Below are positions 38,656 through 52,690 of a stretch of 64,000 nt of DNA, piece after piece. The notes under the pieces are model-generated. The model worked only from the letters and a program-made list of their open reading frames with translations, was not told the DNA's origin and searched no databases. The position numbers were made by a program, and so were the translations under genes. Position 1 is the stretch's first letter; each line of letters opens with the position of its first letter. The stretch spans positions 59,274,001-59,338,000 of the forward strand of contig NC_058368.1 in the NCBI RefSeq assembly GCF_018350175.1, written 5' to 3'. This stretch comes from Felis catus. Lineage: Eukaryota.

Positions 38656-41600
38656 CAAAAAACAAAGAGTGTTTTGACACTACTGCTACTGGTGATGTGC
38701 TAATGGAATTCTCATGATGAGCTTCTCTTCACAAATAAGAAGGAAATTTTTCACTAGAGAAAATGTGTGTCTCTTCCATTTTCCAGGTGGAACACTAAAA
38801 GATGGCTACCATTGGCTTAAACATTTTATGAAAGTGAGGTAGGAAGCATGAGGAAAATTTAGGACACATTTTCAGGCTATGTAACCAATTCAGCAGCTGC
38901 CTAACTCCAAAATTATTGTAATACTTCAGCAACTGATAGTTGGATTTTTTTATCTTCAGCCAAATTTGTTCTGTTTTAGAAGATGTTCAACCATGGAAGA
39001 GAAGGAATGACTAAGTCATCTGAAAAAAAGGAGAGATACATACAACAGGAAAATAATTACAAGATAGAAAATGTATTTTATGGTGGTTAAGTGAAAAAAT
39101 CTCATCCAATTGAGTTATTTTTGTGTTGGTGCCACTTTATAAACAAGAATATTATTCTGAGTAATCAATGTTGCTCACAGTGAAATTGAATAAATCATAC
39201 ATGATTGCTATTAAGTTGTCTTAAGTTATACTGAATTTTTTCCTCCTAATTTTGACAGTTTAGAAAGATTTTCATATGGCATAAAAGCCAATTGTCTTTA
39301 AATTTGCCTTAAAAATTATATATCAAAAACTAAAATAGGAAAACACTAAAAATATGCTTTAATAAATATTTGTACAAAAGGGTAAAGTTAAAATAGTAAA
39401 ATTTCTGAGTACTTCAAAATTTTCATAAAAAAATATCTTGAACACTCCATTCTAGCTTAGGCTTCGGAATGAAGGATCATCACAATATTAATAGAATATT
39501 AATAGAAAACAATGAATGAAAACTAAAAGGTAAGGCAAAAAGCCAATGACTTGCAGAGGTAGTTGTAAGTTCATGAAGTTCCTGCTGTAAATTTTAATTG
39601 TTCCTCTAATAAAAGTATAATGTACACATTCATCATCATATCACTATGCCAACTTTTAGGTATTGGGTAAAATCAAGTTCATGTACTTGAGCACCTGAAA
39701 AATATCAATGATAACTACCCCTCCTCCAATTTTCTTGTTCTTCAAGTCAGATAAAAGGAAAATATTCAAGATTTTAATATGTCATGAAAACAGGTCTGCT
39801 AGTCAATTACATGCATACATACAATTAACAAGAGCATTATAAGGGCTGGAAATTTTAAGCTCCTTTCTGTACAAGTGACTCAACTCTGACTACCCCTGTA
39901 GTGTTACATTCCCAGTAAAGAGAAGGATTTTAATTCGATTGATCAAAAATCAGTGATTGGACCACAGTGAGTACTGGGCATTCCTTATTTTATCTTAATA
40001 GGAGTGAAACAGAAAATGGCTATTTAGAAAGTTCTAAATCAAACTTATACTGAAACTTTGTGTGTTTAATTGCATTCTGTTGTAAAGAGTAGTTAACTCT
40101 AACATATATGGGTCTTTGAGTCAATTACTTTTATAATGCCACCCAAATCTTTTTTTAGCACTTTTTTTTAGCACATAACTTTAGTTTTCAATCATTTTGA
40201 AAGCTCTCAGAAAAACAATTTATGATAAATGTAATAAATTATAGGATACAAATTTTCAATATCAAGGTATGCTATTATTTTAGTATTGTAGTAATACACT
40301 TTTAATCATAAATAACCTTTTTTCTGTGTAGAAATCATGCATTTCTCATAAAGTTAGTTATCTTTATAACTCACATAATTACAATGTCTTTATGTCCACA
40401 TGCTTTGTACAGAATTTGATGTTACTTTAGGCTGAATAAAATTGCGCCGTTAAAATACAGAGCAGTAGAAAATGATTATACAACTAATCTTGGCTTTTGT
40501 TGTTAAATGTTTAAGTGCCTCATTCAATTCTGAGCTTCCTGCAAGCCAAGGACAAAATGAAATATAGAGAATGTATGCATCTAGTTTTCTGAAAATTATA
40601 GCAACATTATTTTTTAAGAGATAACACTGAGAAATATATGTATGTGTGTTCCATACATTCCAACAAAACTAAATAAAATTGATTGGGTTTTCAAAATGGG
40701 TAGTATAAAATATGCAGAAACATCCAATTTAAGAGTCTTTCTTAGACTTTGCAGAAAGAGGCAAAGCATGTTATTAAAAAAATAGTCGTTACTTGTTAGG
40801 TATCAATACTGACATTTGTGAATATAATCTTCATAATGTTAGGAAAAAAGATAGTAATAATAAAAGAAATTGGTGATTAATATTTTACAGTATGGCTGTG
40901 TCTAGAGTTATTGATAAGATTTGATTTTAAACACTACACATTTATTTTATGATGACAGCATTAAATGTGGCAGCAGAATGTTTGAGCCTGCTTACCATTC
41001 CACTTGAACATGGATCTGTGAAAAAGCTGTAGCAGCAATGTTAATCAATGCATAAAGGTAGGAATACCATTCCATAATTCACGAGGATAGAGACAAGAAA
41101 TGGTGGACCCAGTGTTAATATGTGGCTGCACTCATCTGGATTGCAGTCAGTTTAATTTTAGCAGAAGCTGAGTAGATCATTTATCAGGATTGAATATATT
41201 ACTGTAATTCATTGCAGTGATTGTAGGGAAACAGCAGTAGTATAGATGTGGGGCTGTAACTCATAATGACACAACCTGCCTGGTGGCTTTCTATAGTGCT
41301 ATTTTCAGCTAGAACAGACTTTATCTCAGAAATTTTAGTATACTATTGACTTATTCAAAAAATAAGGTCAGATAAATAAAGCATCATCTTCCAGAACACA
41401 TTGAGAAAGATTAAAAGTCGTTCAACTCATTTCAAAATAAAAGAAGCTCTTATGAAGCAAATAATTAGGCAATGATTATGATCTCTGATCCTCCCCATTC
41501 TTCTAAAACCATTATGTTTTCCATCCCAAGATTAAAAATCTCTTGCCTCATGTATCCCTTGATATTTTTACAGGTTCTCCAAGAATTTAAATATTTGATC

Positions 41601-41790
41601 CAGGTGTGCCCATAATACTTAGTATTGAAATCCTAAACCCTGAATTACTTTCTTTCCCTGCATAACATCCTGCCCCTCCTATCAGTTAAGTGGAAGTGAC
41701 ACAAAGCTATACAATGTGTTTTTCTTCCTAACCTTATTTGCTTAAAATATTAAGACAATGATATGATTCTAAATTATGTAAGCTCATTTA

Positions 41791-41993
41791 ATATTTATTT
41801 ATTTTGAGAGAGAGAGAGATAAAGAGTGAAACGGGAGGGGCAGAGAGAGAGTCCCAAGCAGGCTCCACATCGTCAGCATGGGGCTGATGCAGGGCTCAAA
41901 CTCACCAGGCTCAAACTCACCAACCGTGAGACCATGACCTGAGCTGAAATCAAGCATCAGAAGCTTAACTGACTGAGCCATCCAGGCGCACCT
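41791..41993 (-). mobile_element. Carnivore SINE with an internal 15-nt duplication
   Basis: ggctcaaactcacca occurs twice in tandem. Confidence 0.92.
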
Positions 41994-42194
41994 TGGAAAC
42001 TCTTTAGTGCTTCTAAATAATCTGAAGGGCATGATTTTTTTAATCACCTTGTTAATCAAATAAATAATAAATACAGGTATTTTGCTAGGTTTTACTTATT
42101 ATTTTTTTTATATTCTGATGTATACACTTATAAAAAGCCTTATTGAGAAGTTCCCCTTTGCAACAATTTTAAAAATAAGTTTAAAATTTTATGA

Positions 42195-42376
42195 GGGGCA
42201 CCCGGGTGGCTCAGTGAGTTGAGATTCTGACTTCAGCTCAGGTCAAGATCTCACGGTCGTGAGTTCAAGACCCATATGGGGCTTGCTGCTGTCAGCCTGT
42301 CAGTTCAAAGCCCACTTTCGGATCCTCTGTCCCTCTCTCTCTGCCCCTCTTCTGCTCAGTTGCTCTCTCAAAAAAA
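42195..42376 (+). mobile_element. Carnivore SINE
   Basis: ggggcacccgggtggctcag head and CT tract. Confidence 0.9.
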
Positions 42377-43739
42377 TTGTATTTGAACACCTAATATAAA
42401 AATTTACCATACATTTTTAAGTATCCAGTTCAGTGCCATTAAGTGCATTCACATTGTTGTGCAACTGCAAACACATTTGAAATGATTAATCAATTTTAAA
42501 TCCATCTTATTTTGTCTGACCTTTTAACCATTATCTTACATAGAAATCCATCACCTTCCCTTTGTCTCACTAGTCTGGGTCCCTATCTGGCTTTATTTGG
42601 ATATTTATAACAGGTTTCTTGCCCTTTCCCCTGGCCAGCTTCACTACTTTTCAGGTATTGCTATCAACAGACACAAAAAAGGCAAATCCAAACATGTAAT
42701 AATTCTATTTTAAACTCTTCATCAAGAGATTTGCTCTGTAAAACCTAAAATTTACTTCTGAATTCTCAACTCCTGAATGAATTATTTATTGCCCTGTCTG
42801 TCCCTCCCTCACTCACACTCACTTTTCACCACACTGATCTACCCGAGTGCCTTCCTGCATTAGTAACCCTTGTGTGCAGGCTGCTCATTCTGCTAAAGGG
42901 TCATTTACCCTCATTAAACCTCTGCCAATCCTTAAATGCTTCAATTTTACCTTTGTTTTTGACTACTTCTCCGAATTAAACCTCCTCCAACTCAAATGCA
43001 AATTTAGGTTATACACACACAGACCAGTGTATCTGCCATGCAGTGTATTTTTCAATTTCACACATCTGCATCTATCCTCCTAACTAAACTCAATTTATTT
43101 CATTTCTACCTGTTTATGTATTTACTCATAATTCTTTCATTCTTTGTCATAACTTTTTATAAAGTTATGAGGATAATGTTGCAGGAACCGAGCTAAAAAC
43201 CATGCCCTTTGCTTTCAAGAAGTTGCAAGTTCATCGTTGCATACATGCGCATCTAGAGTATGACATATATGAATCCCAAGTGAATATGAGTTGAATGAAT
43301 ACATGAATGAATAATTTTAGTCTTCCATATATCTACTTTTGTTGATGTCAGCAAACTTCCATCTTAGCTGAGATACTTGCATGCTTTCAAGTATTAAATA
43401 AATATGTGGCCTAGTTTTCTAAGTATCTATATAGATAGAACATAATGAATATATAATTAATTAATTATATAATTAATGCATAGACTCTACATAGATATAA
43501 GTACTCATATATAATTTATTATATTTAATACAATTTAAATGAATTAATATTTTCACAAATAATAAATAATACTTGCAAATTACATATTTTACATCAATTT
43601 TCTGGTTATTCTTTGCATAAAATATTTTTCAACTAGACTAATAAATTAGCATAATAAGGGGACTCAGACTTGAAAGGATGACAAAGATATCAATTTGGAG
43701 ATTTTATCTAGATGTGCTGAAAATATTTAATTTATAAAC

Positions 43740-43970
43740 TCAAACTGTACATAAATCTTCAGAAAGAAATGATGAGCATGTAAATGGAAACTGGAGAAAG
43801 TGCAATCTTTGTTATTCTGTAGCAGGAAGCTTAGAAAAATTTTGTCCCGCGGTTATATGAAAAGCAGAACCTGCAAATGATAAATTTTAGATATTTAGCT
43901 GAGGGAAGTATTGAAGAATCCTAGATTCTTCTGGCTTTGGTGGAGAACCTGGCTCTTCTGAAATTGAAAA
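43740..43970 (+). mobile_element. MaLR internal-sequence relic
   Basis: ggaaactggagaaag...ttgttattctgtagcaggaagcttag...aaagcagaacctgcaaatgata...tatttagctgagg. Confidence 0.6.
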
Positions 43971-44089
43971 AAATGCGAGCACACAATGTAACTAAGATTC
44001 AGAGTTGGAATAAGAATTAGAAGAAGCATATGATACAGGTTGAAAATTACATTGCTTAGCAGTTGCATGGAGGCATCATCAAAAAGGAG

Positions 44090-44719
44090 GAGATTTCATA
44101 GGTCAACTTGGTTAGCTATGTAGTGTCAGTTGTTTGGTCAAACCAAGTCTAGATGTTGCTATAAAAATGTTTTTTAGATGTGACTGATATTTAAATGTAT
44201 ATATTTTGAGTTAGGCAGATTATTTTCCATAATGTTGGTGGGGCTCATTTAATAAGTTGAAGCCCCAAAAGGGAAAAATTTGGACTCAAGACTGAAACAT
44301 TAAAACTCTGCCTGAAATTTCCAAGGAGAATTTCTGAGGCTAGATAGTCTTGAATGGGTAAACTTTGGATCCAACACTGTAATGTCAACTTTTTTTTTTT
44401 TTTAATTTTTTTTTTCAACGTTTATTTATTTTTGGGACAGAGAGAGACAGAGCATGAACGGGGGAGGGGCAGAGAGAGAGGGAGACACAGAATCGGAAAC
44501 AGGCTCCAGGCTCTGAGCCATCAGCCCAGAGCCTGACGCGGGGCTCGAACTCACGGACCGCGAGATCGTGACCTGGCTGAAGTCGGACGCTTAACCGACT
44601 GCGCCACCCAGGCGCCCCTGTAATGTCAACTTTTACCTGAATATTCAGCCTGCTGGCTTACTCTAAAGATTTTAGACTTGCCAGTATCCATAATCACATG
44701 AGCCAATTCTTAAAAAATC

Positions 44720-44753
<34 letters not shown>

Positions 44754-44845
44754 CATATGTGTATATATATATATATAAATTTAATATAATTTATCTAGAT
44801 GTATATATATATCTGTTTCTCTGGATAACACTAATATAGACTAAA
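44090..44845 (+). mobile_element. MLT2 (ERVL) LTR relic split by a SINE
   Basis: gtcaacttggttagcta...gtttggtcaaac...ataatcacatgagccaattcttaaaaaatc, then (TG)/(TA) tract and ctgtttctctgga. Confidence 0.8.
44390..44618 (-). mobile_element. Young SINEC_Fc-type SINE
   Basis: Perfect TSD tgtaatgtcaactttt starting at 44378 and 44619; CpGs intact. Confidence 0.97.
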
Positions 44846-44872
44846 TTTACAAAATATATTAAATGAATTACA

Positions 44873-45050
44873 TTTTTAATGCTTATTTATTTATTTTGAA
44901 AGAGAGAGAGGGAAAGAGAGGGAATCCCAAGCAGGCTGTGCACTGTCAGCACAGAGGCCGATGTGGGGCTTGAACCCATGAATCATGAGATCATGACCTG
45001 AGCTGAAACCAAGAGTTGGATGCTTAACAGACTGAGCCACCAGGCACCCC
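44873..45050 (-). mobile_element. Carnivore SINE
   Basis: Full SINE on the minus strand. Confidence 0.92.
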
Positions 45051-45887
45051 GGAATTACATTTTTTACAAAAATATTTCATCTAAAGAAAATGTCATTTTG
45101 AAAGGACATGTCCTTAAACTTCCACTGGTTGAAATGTAATGGCTGATTTCCATAAACATTCAAAATCTGTTACAAATTTTATCAATATGTAATGACCCAA
45201 TATACAGATCCTATTCTGCTCGTCTTCCACGTAATAAATACTACTGAATTTCAATTCAGTGAAATTCTATAAGTATGGATGTGTAGCGACTTAAATGGAA
45301 GGATAAAATGAATGATTTAGTGCGATTGGAGGGTTTATAGAAAAACTATAAAGTAGTACTGAATGAGAAAAGAGAAATGAGTTAAATATAAAATATAAAT
45401 TAAATATAAAAGTGATAAATAATAATCGATGGTAAATTGAAATGAAAAAAAATGCTGAAATTTACTAACAGGAATGGAGGGAACTGTAGATTTAAGGAAG
45501 TGACTTCCTATTAATTATTCCTTCAGAAATTACTGGTAGGTGATCAGCAAGGATAGTTTGAATTCTTGCCTATGAATGAAAAAAGGTACTAAATAAAACT
45601 TATCTTGTATATTATTAAAATGTACAACAAAGAAAGGAAAGTGACTTCAATTTAGTGTCTATCGTATGCCTAAAATGTATTATTTAAAAACAAATACTGT
45701 AGAGCAGTTATGTAGATGTAGAAAATAATCAGTGCCTTGAAAGGAAATTATTAGTTTCCATAAAAAATATATAATATTAAGTTCCTAAGTGAAATCACGC
45801 ATAGAACAATGAAGATACTCTAAATCTGCCACTTATTAATTTATCACTCTCAAATCTGATCATGTACAAATTAATGCTTATAATACT

Positions 45888-46094
45888 TTTTAAATTTTTT
45901 TAACATTTATTTATTTTTTAATGACAAAGAGCACAAGACGGGGAGGGCAGAGAGAGAGGGAGACACAGAATCTGAAGCAGGCTCCAGGCTCTGAGCTGTC
46001 AGTATAGAGCCCGATGTGGGCTTGAATGCACAGACTGCTAGACCATGACCTGAGCCAAAGTCTGACACAACTGACTGAGCCACTCAGGCGCCCC
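45888..46094 (-). mobile_element. Carnivore SINE
   Basis: TSD acaaattaatgctt. Confidence 0.93.
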
Positions 46095-48080
46095 ACAAAT
46101 TAATGCTTTTAATTGCTTCCATACCAAGTTGAATTTAAAATATGCTTTAACAAATTTATTAATCTTCTGAGACCAACTACAGTTTTTTATTGCCTTTACT
46201 TCTCAGATAAATTTATCTCTTTGCTCTGAAATAAACAAATAGCCTACAACAGAAAGGAGACTTTTACACTGATATAGTTATGGTATAAATTAATAATGAT
46301 GAATCATCACACTAGTAGTTATTATTATTTTTTAACACCTGAAACTGAAGTATTAACAAGTGGAGCAGAACTGATAAACTTGAGGAAAGAAAGGCCCTCA
46401 AATATAGTCTGCCCCTCGTAGGTGGGTGTGGACTACTGATATTTTCAAATCACCAAGAATACAGGTAGTTACCAAAAGAGAATCTAAATGGTCACTAAAT
46501 TTCCTTACTTGATTTAAAAAAAAAAAGACAGAGAAAGACCAAGTGCTCTAAGTAAAAATTCCTAGGAAAATATATCCTGTGATAACAAGTCTAGTGGGTA
46601 ATGGTAGAGGAAGAATCTAGTTATCCATAAAATAAAATTTTTAGAAATGTCAAAGCATTCACATTATTAAATATTTCAAAATTTTGCATATCAGATCCAA
46701 TACTCTAGAGCCAAAATCTGCAATAAGACAGACCATCTACATTTAAGACTTTTAAAGTAAAGATAATGTGTAAAGTTGGTATAGCTAGAAATCTCCTTTT
46801 ATGGGAGTGGGCATCACCCATGCTTCTCCAAAAATACAACTCTAGGTGGAATAGTAATATTCCTGGACTATGGTAAACATTTTTCTCTGGCAAATTTAAA
46901 GCAATAGCTCATCCAATTCATATTTTCCATCTATAGCTATTCTTAAAATATCAAGTCACACTTTTCCTTTTGAGTTGAAACTTGTTAAAAATCAAATCAG
47001 AGGACCCAAATCTCTAAGTAAATATACCACCTTCTAAGTTCATATGGATGTCAGGTTCCAGGGCAGCCTAATTCCTGTTGGGCACATTAAGAGGTGTCCA
47101 CTTTACAACAGCTGCTCTGCAGCAACCACCTTTGTCCCACACCAGTCAGCAAGGGAGAGAGGAAGAGATAGATACCTGACCACAGGGAGTAAGGTGCTGA
47201 GTGGCCAAAAAACTTTTTAGGTTAGGTTTATAAGGTAACAGGTGTTTTCCACCTAGATTCTGGTGGCATTTCGCTAGAGAAATCGAGTCCCTAAGCCCTC
47301 AGAAAGCATAATGCTTCTGAGATGTGGAGAAAATAGACAACTGAGAGCCTGCAGGCTGTCTTCTCAAGCCTCCTCATGTCCTGTGTAGAAAATGGATGTC
47401 TTCGAATGTAGTAAAAGATTAAGAAACTTTGCTATTAACTTCCCTCTTCAGGAAGTCTTCCTGCTCAGAAAGGGATAGAGAATGTCTGTGGCAGGAGGTG
47501 ATTGGACCTAGAAAAGGTGGAGCAGGAGAGTGTAATAAAAATGAACAAAGTGATGGTCACAGGGGTGCTAAATATGCCCCAAGGGAGACAGCATTTGTGT
47601 TTCCCAAGACTCAGGTCATTGTAGTCAGTAGAGAAATAGCCACAACTACTAGACAACAGATTATTAGTTAGACTATTAACAACATCTGCAAGACCTTGGT
47701 TTTTCTTTTCCCATCTCTTCTCTTAGTGCTACCATTTTAAAAATGGTCAATTTTTAAAGAGCCGGACCATATAGCCCCATCTTTTTCTCTGCCTCCTTGT
47801 CACAACTTGACTGTTTACTAGGCCAGGGGAAAAATGAGTTTTGAAGGAGATATAAAATTTAAAAAAAAATGCAAAGGGAAATAAATATATACCAATGGCA
47901 TGAAGTAACTGAAAAAATATGGAATCTGGATAAAAGGTGGCTAACAGAAACACTATCCAGTGGTGAGGTAAACATGTGCAGCATGCCATGCTTGAGGGAC
48001 AGTTTTTGAAACATAAATAAATGGACTCTTTTCTTATGTATACTGTCAAAGTTGAGGTGTCTCAATAAAATTATATGAAT

Positions 48081-48255
48081 GGGGATGCCTGGGTGGCTCT
48101 AGTCTGTTGAGCATCCAACTCTTGATTTCGGCTCCAGTCATGATTTCAGGTTCATGGGATTGAGCCCCACATCAGGCTGTATGCTGAGCATGGAATCAGC
48201 TTAAGATTCTCTCTCTTGGCCCTTCTTCCCTGCTCACATTCTGTCTATAAAAATA
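48081..48255 (+). mobile_element. Older carnivore SINE followed by (TA)n
   Basis: ggggatgcctgggtggctc head. Confidence 0.88.
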
Positions 48256-50814
48256 ATATGCATATATATATATATATATATATGCATGTATATAGTAGTG
48301 GTGCTATGTATAGTCTTTAATTTGTTTTGTTATGCTGCATTCTAACCAGTTTAAGGAGCCATTAGGTTTGATTTTTAATTCTAACCTAAAGACAATGTAA
48401 ATAAAAAAAAATAACCACTAATTTATGCAACATTATATTTGTGACAATCATAAAAGCTTTATTTTTAAAACCTCTAATTATTCAGGTGAATAATGCAAAT
48501 CAGTAAACCTTTTACTAATCTATAACACTATTCTTAAAGCATAGAGATAATGTGTTTGGGCAGAGGGGTGGGGGAGTTTACTTTTCATCTGGTGTTTTGG
48601 CCTTTCAAATTCATAGTAACTGTGTCACAAATTAATGAGTCATCAGCCAAGTGTTTCTGTACCTCCCATGTAATTGAATGATTCAGAAAATTCTCAGGGA
48701 TCTTAGCATGATTCATTATTTCACTTTTAACCTTCTTGGATTTAAATATGGAGCTGAAGATAGCCATTTCTATTTTATTTCTAGATTTATTACCATAATA
48801 ATCAGTATGTAGGCAATTATATGCCTTGCCATCCATTCTCTGCAAATAACAATTTTCATAACTTACAAAAACATTACAATGGTTTCTTCCATAATTATTT
48901 ATGCTTAAATGACTTCTTTGATAAAAGATATGAGCTTAAATTAATCATAAACTAGATTCCCCTTACTCTTTTTCAGTACTTCTGATGATACAGAGTTTAG
49001 AGAGTTTGATGAGAGGGATTTTAGCCTAATTTTAAAGTGAGAAATTATGGAATCTAAATAAAAATGTGATCTCTGAAATACCAACATTTGAATGAAGTAT
49101 TTTGGCTTCATTCCTCTCTTGAGATCCTAGGACTAAACACACTGTATGTTTACACTGGAGAGTACAATGCTTAAATATGACATTTTGCTTTTCCCAGATA
49201 TTTTGTCATTTTCATTTATATCACAGGATATAAGCAAAGATTTTGAAATGCTGTTAATAACATTTTTTAAAACCTGTCATTGCTCTCAAGCACTATCATA
49301 AATAATCACATACATATTTCACATTTAGATTAGGAACATTTTTATAATTTTGGAGAACTTACTATTATTTGTGTATATCACCAGGGAATTGTAAAAGTTC
49401 CATGTGAATCTAGAAAATGAAGATTGGTATGTATAACTCAAGTTAGCATCATTGTATATTTATAGTTCCATTTTTATAATTCCCATAAATAATTGACTTT
49501 ATATGGAAACAGTGAATATTGATGGGTATAATTCATCTCCTCACTTGAGCAGATTATTATTTTTGAAAGATTGTGGAACGCAGTATTCTCTTTGCTTTCA
49601 GCCAATGGTAATAAAAGACATAGTTAGATACCATTCGTTATTGCAAATGCACTACCTATAGATTAGACTTGCAAAATTATATAGTCTTACACTTTTTAGT
49701 CTCCTTTCTGACATAATCAATATCCTGCATACATCAATGAGAACCAGCCAGTATGTAGTTTAAATACAGGATCCAAACTGCGGTGACATCTGCTGGATAG
49801 TTCTTACAGAAATATGTCCCAAATAGACTCAGAAACAGATTGAGCGTAACTACTCTTAAGATAGGCATATGACTAACTAAATGAAAATATCCTGCTTTCT
49901 CTTCCCTTTGAAAACTGATATTATTAGGGAAGAACTAGAAGACATTAGAAGAAGAGCTCAAAATTCATTCAAAAGAAAAGCAAGCAATACTAGTATCAAA
50001 ACTAAAATTATTTACACAATTTTATTAACTGGAGATCAAGAGTGGTAATGTGGGTTTCTCTGTAATGTTTTGAGGATTTTCTTTGTTGCAACTCTTATTA
50101 TATTAGTTAGAAAAATAAAGCCAGAATGAAAATAAATATATACCAGATGTATGAGCAAAGTTAGATGTTTTATTTTAGTAAATATTTGTTCAGAGTAAGA
50201 AAAAGTATGTTAATATTCACTTTCCAATCCAGTAACCCAAATAAGTTCATATTTATACATACCTATATTTATTTTTCTTTTTTCTGACTAATGCTTCCTT
50301 TTATGACTCAAATGTTTAACTTTTAGTAATTGTGTTAATATTACTCAGGATAAATGGCTCAACAGTTTATAATTTTAGTTATTTTTAATCATTATACAAA
50401 TATTGAATACATTTATATTTTGAAGTGAGTCTAATACTGTTATAATTTTGTGCTTATTATAAATCAAATTGGAGTAATCTATTTATGCATAATTAAGGGA
50501 TATGTTAGGAAAATAGTCACAATATACGTATGGTATTAATTTTTACTTAATATTATAAGTCATTTGAGTATATGTATTGTATCATAACTGTTCTAAAATA
50601 GTGCTTTTTATGTAACCTCAAGAATAATTGCTTAAAATGAAGGAAAATGTCCTTAAGACAAATTGAAATTTGAATTAAAATTGTCTTATATAGTCAATGA
50701 TTTTGCACTTTGGAATTTCTTAACCTTATAATTCAAAGTTGTATGTCTTCGGACATGCTAAAATGTATCTATAGAATGAGCATATCACTTCACAATAATT
50801 TATTTCACACCTAT

Positions 50815-51277
50815 TGTATTGATTTTGTATTGTGTCTGCAACAAATTACAAGAAATGTGGTGTCTTGAAACAACACCGATTTATTACCTAAAAGTTTAGG
50901 AAGTCGGGTGCCTGAAAAATGGATTTCGCTAGGCTTAAATCAAGGAGTGGGCAGATTATATTTCTGGAGTCTCTGAACAGAATCCATGCCTTGCCTTTGT
51001 TTTCAGAGGGTGGTCCCCTTCCAGCAGTAGCAAATGATCCCTGCTTTCATTTTCAAATCTTCTTTTCTAACTCTAATTAACTATCTCTCTCTCAAAAGGG
51101 CTCTTGTGATTACATTTGGTCTATCCACACATTCCAGAATAATCAGTCATTCCATCTCAAGATCTTAAATTTAATCAAATCTGCATACTCCCCTTTGCCT
51201 GAAAAGTAACACACCCAAAAATCCTGGTGATTAAGATGTGGATATTTCTGCAAGAGTCATCATGCTGCCTACCCCAC
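50815..51277 (-). mobile_element. MaLR LTR relic (MLT1-like)
   Basis: aacaaattacaagaaatgtggtgtcttgaaacaaca...catctcaagatcttaaatttaatcaaatctgca...gattaagatgtggatattt. Confidence 0.8.
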
Positions 51278-52527
51278 CTACTATAAAAAATACTTGACAT
51301 GTCATCAAAAACAGAATGAAGTGGTCCGTGTTTTCACGCAACTTGAAAACCAGAAAAGAATGCAAATATTGAAAATTTGCTTACAACTATAATGAGAGAA
51401 ATGAAATAGAATTAATGGCTAAAACAAGGGGCAAAGGAAAGAAGACATTCCTCTAGGAGTTATATTTCAATGCAATATTAGTTATGAGAGTAAGACACAT
51501 GGGATAAATTTCCAAATGCAGGAAAACTTCAGGTTGTGATTGTCCTTTATGTAATTTATTTTTTAATATATTTTATCTTCAGGGCTATTTATCATCTTGG
51601 AGAGAATCTTTAGGATTTATAAATATTACCCTCATTGCAGAGTGGAGAATGGAGTAACAAGAGGACAGAGATAATACTGTTAAAGCAGTTGTAGATAGTT
51701 GCATTAACTATAGTATGAACAAGCTTGTTATCAGTTAGATGATAGAGAAATAAAATTCTAGAAATGTTAGAAGTGGAAACAATATGAACTATCCATTTTA
51801 GGGATAGAGAGAGCGAAAATAGCACAAATATTATAAAGGAACTGCTATGTATTATTAAAGGCCAGATGGTGTTGATAAACATGACCTTGTAGTGGCACTT
51901 CTTGCACAGCTTTCTTCAGTAGTATGTATCAATGTGGATTTAAGCACAAGGCAAGGCATTGCCACACAAATACACTAAAACATAATCTTGCAAGGAAATT
52001 TAAAATAGGTGCAAGAAATTAGTTGAAGTAAATAGATTATGTGAGCTTAGCCAAGTACAAGTGAAGACACAGGGGTTCTTATGGAGACACTAAAAGTAGA
52101 AAGGAAAGAGAATTAGTTTCAGTGAGACTCACAGTAGTTACACTGAGAGTAATGACCAAGAAATCAGAATCAACAGGAGGCTGTCCTTATAGAAGACAAG
52201 TCTTATCTTGTGAAAGTTGTAACTTGTCTCCTGAAAGTTAACAAGTCTTATCTTGTGAAACTTATCTTGTAAAAGGTATAAAATTGCCCAAGTTAATCAT
52301 TCTATTATGAGGTCAAAGAATAGAATAGAAAAGAAGTCTAGAGATAAAAAAGGCATTAAACTGACAAGTCAGATGGTTAAATGTTCAATGTCTAGTGGAG
52401 AAATATGTTGCCATTTCAGTCACTCTTACTGGTTCTAGCACATAATATAAAAGAAAAAGCTATTTTTTTTAATTAAATTGTCTTTTCTTGATTACCCTTT
52501 CTTCATTCTCACTATGAATGCTCATTC

Positions 52528-52690
52528 AAGGCACCTAGGTGGGTGGCTCAGTCATTAAGCATCTGATGAGCTCGAGCCCCACTTTAGGTGAGCCCTGCTT
52601 CTCTCTCTTCCTCCCTCCATCTCCCCTTGCTCATTTGTACACACTTTTCTCTCTCTCTGAAAAAAAAAAGAAAGAAAGAAAAGAAAAAGA
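52528..52690 (+). mobile_element. Degenerate carnivore SINE
   Basis: gggtggctcagtcattaagcatctga head, CT tract and A-rich tail. Confidence 0.75.

Noticed and set aside
40940..41320. GC-richer unique stretch as an exon or viral relic
   Set aside because: No sustained frame or recognisable motif found; it could be conserved non-coding DNA but I cannot support that from sequence alone.
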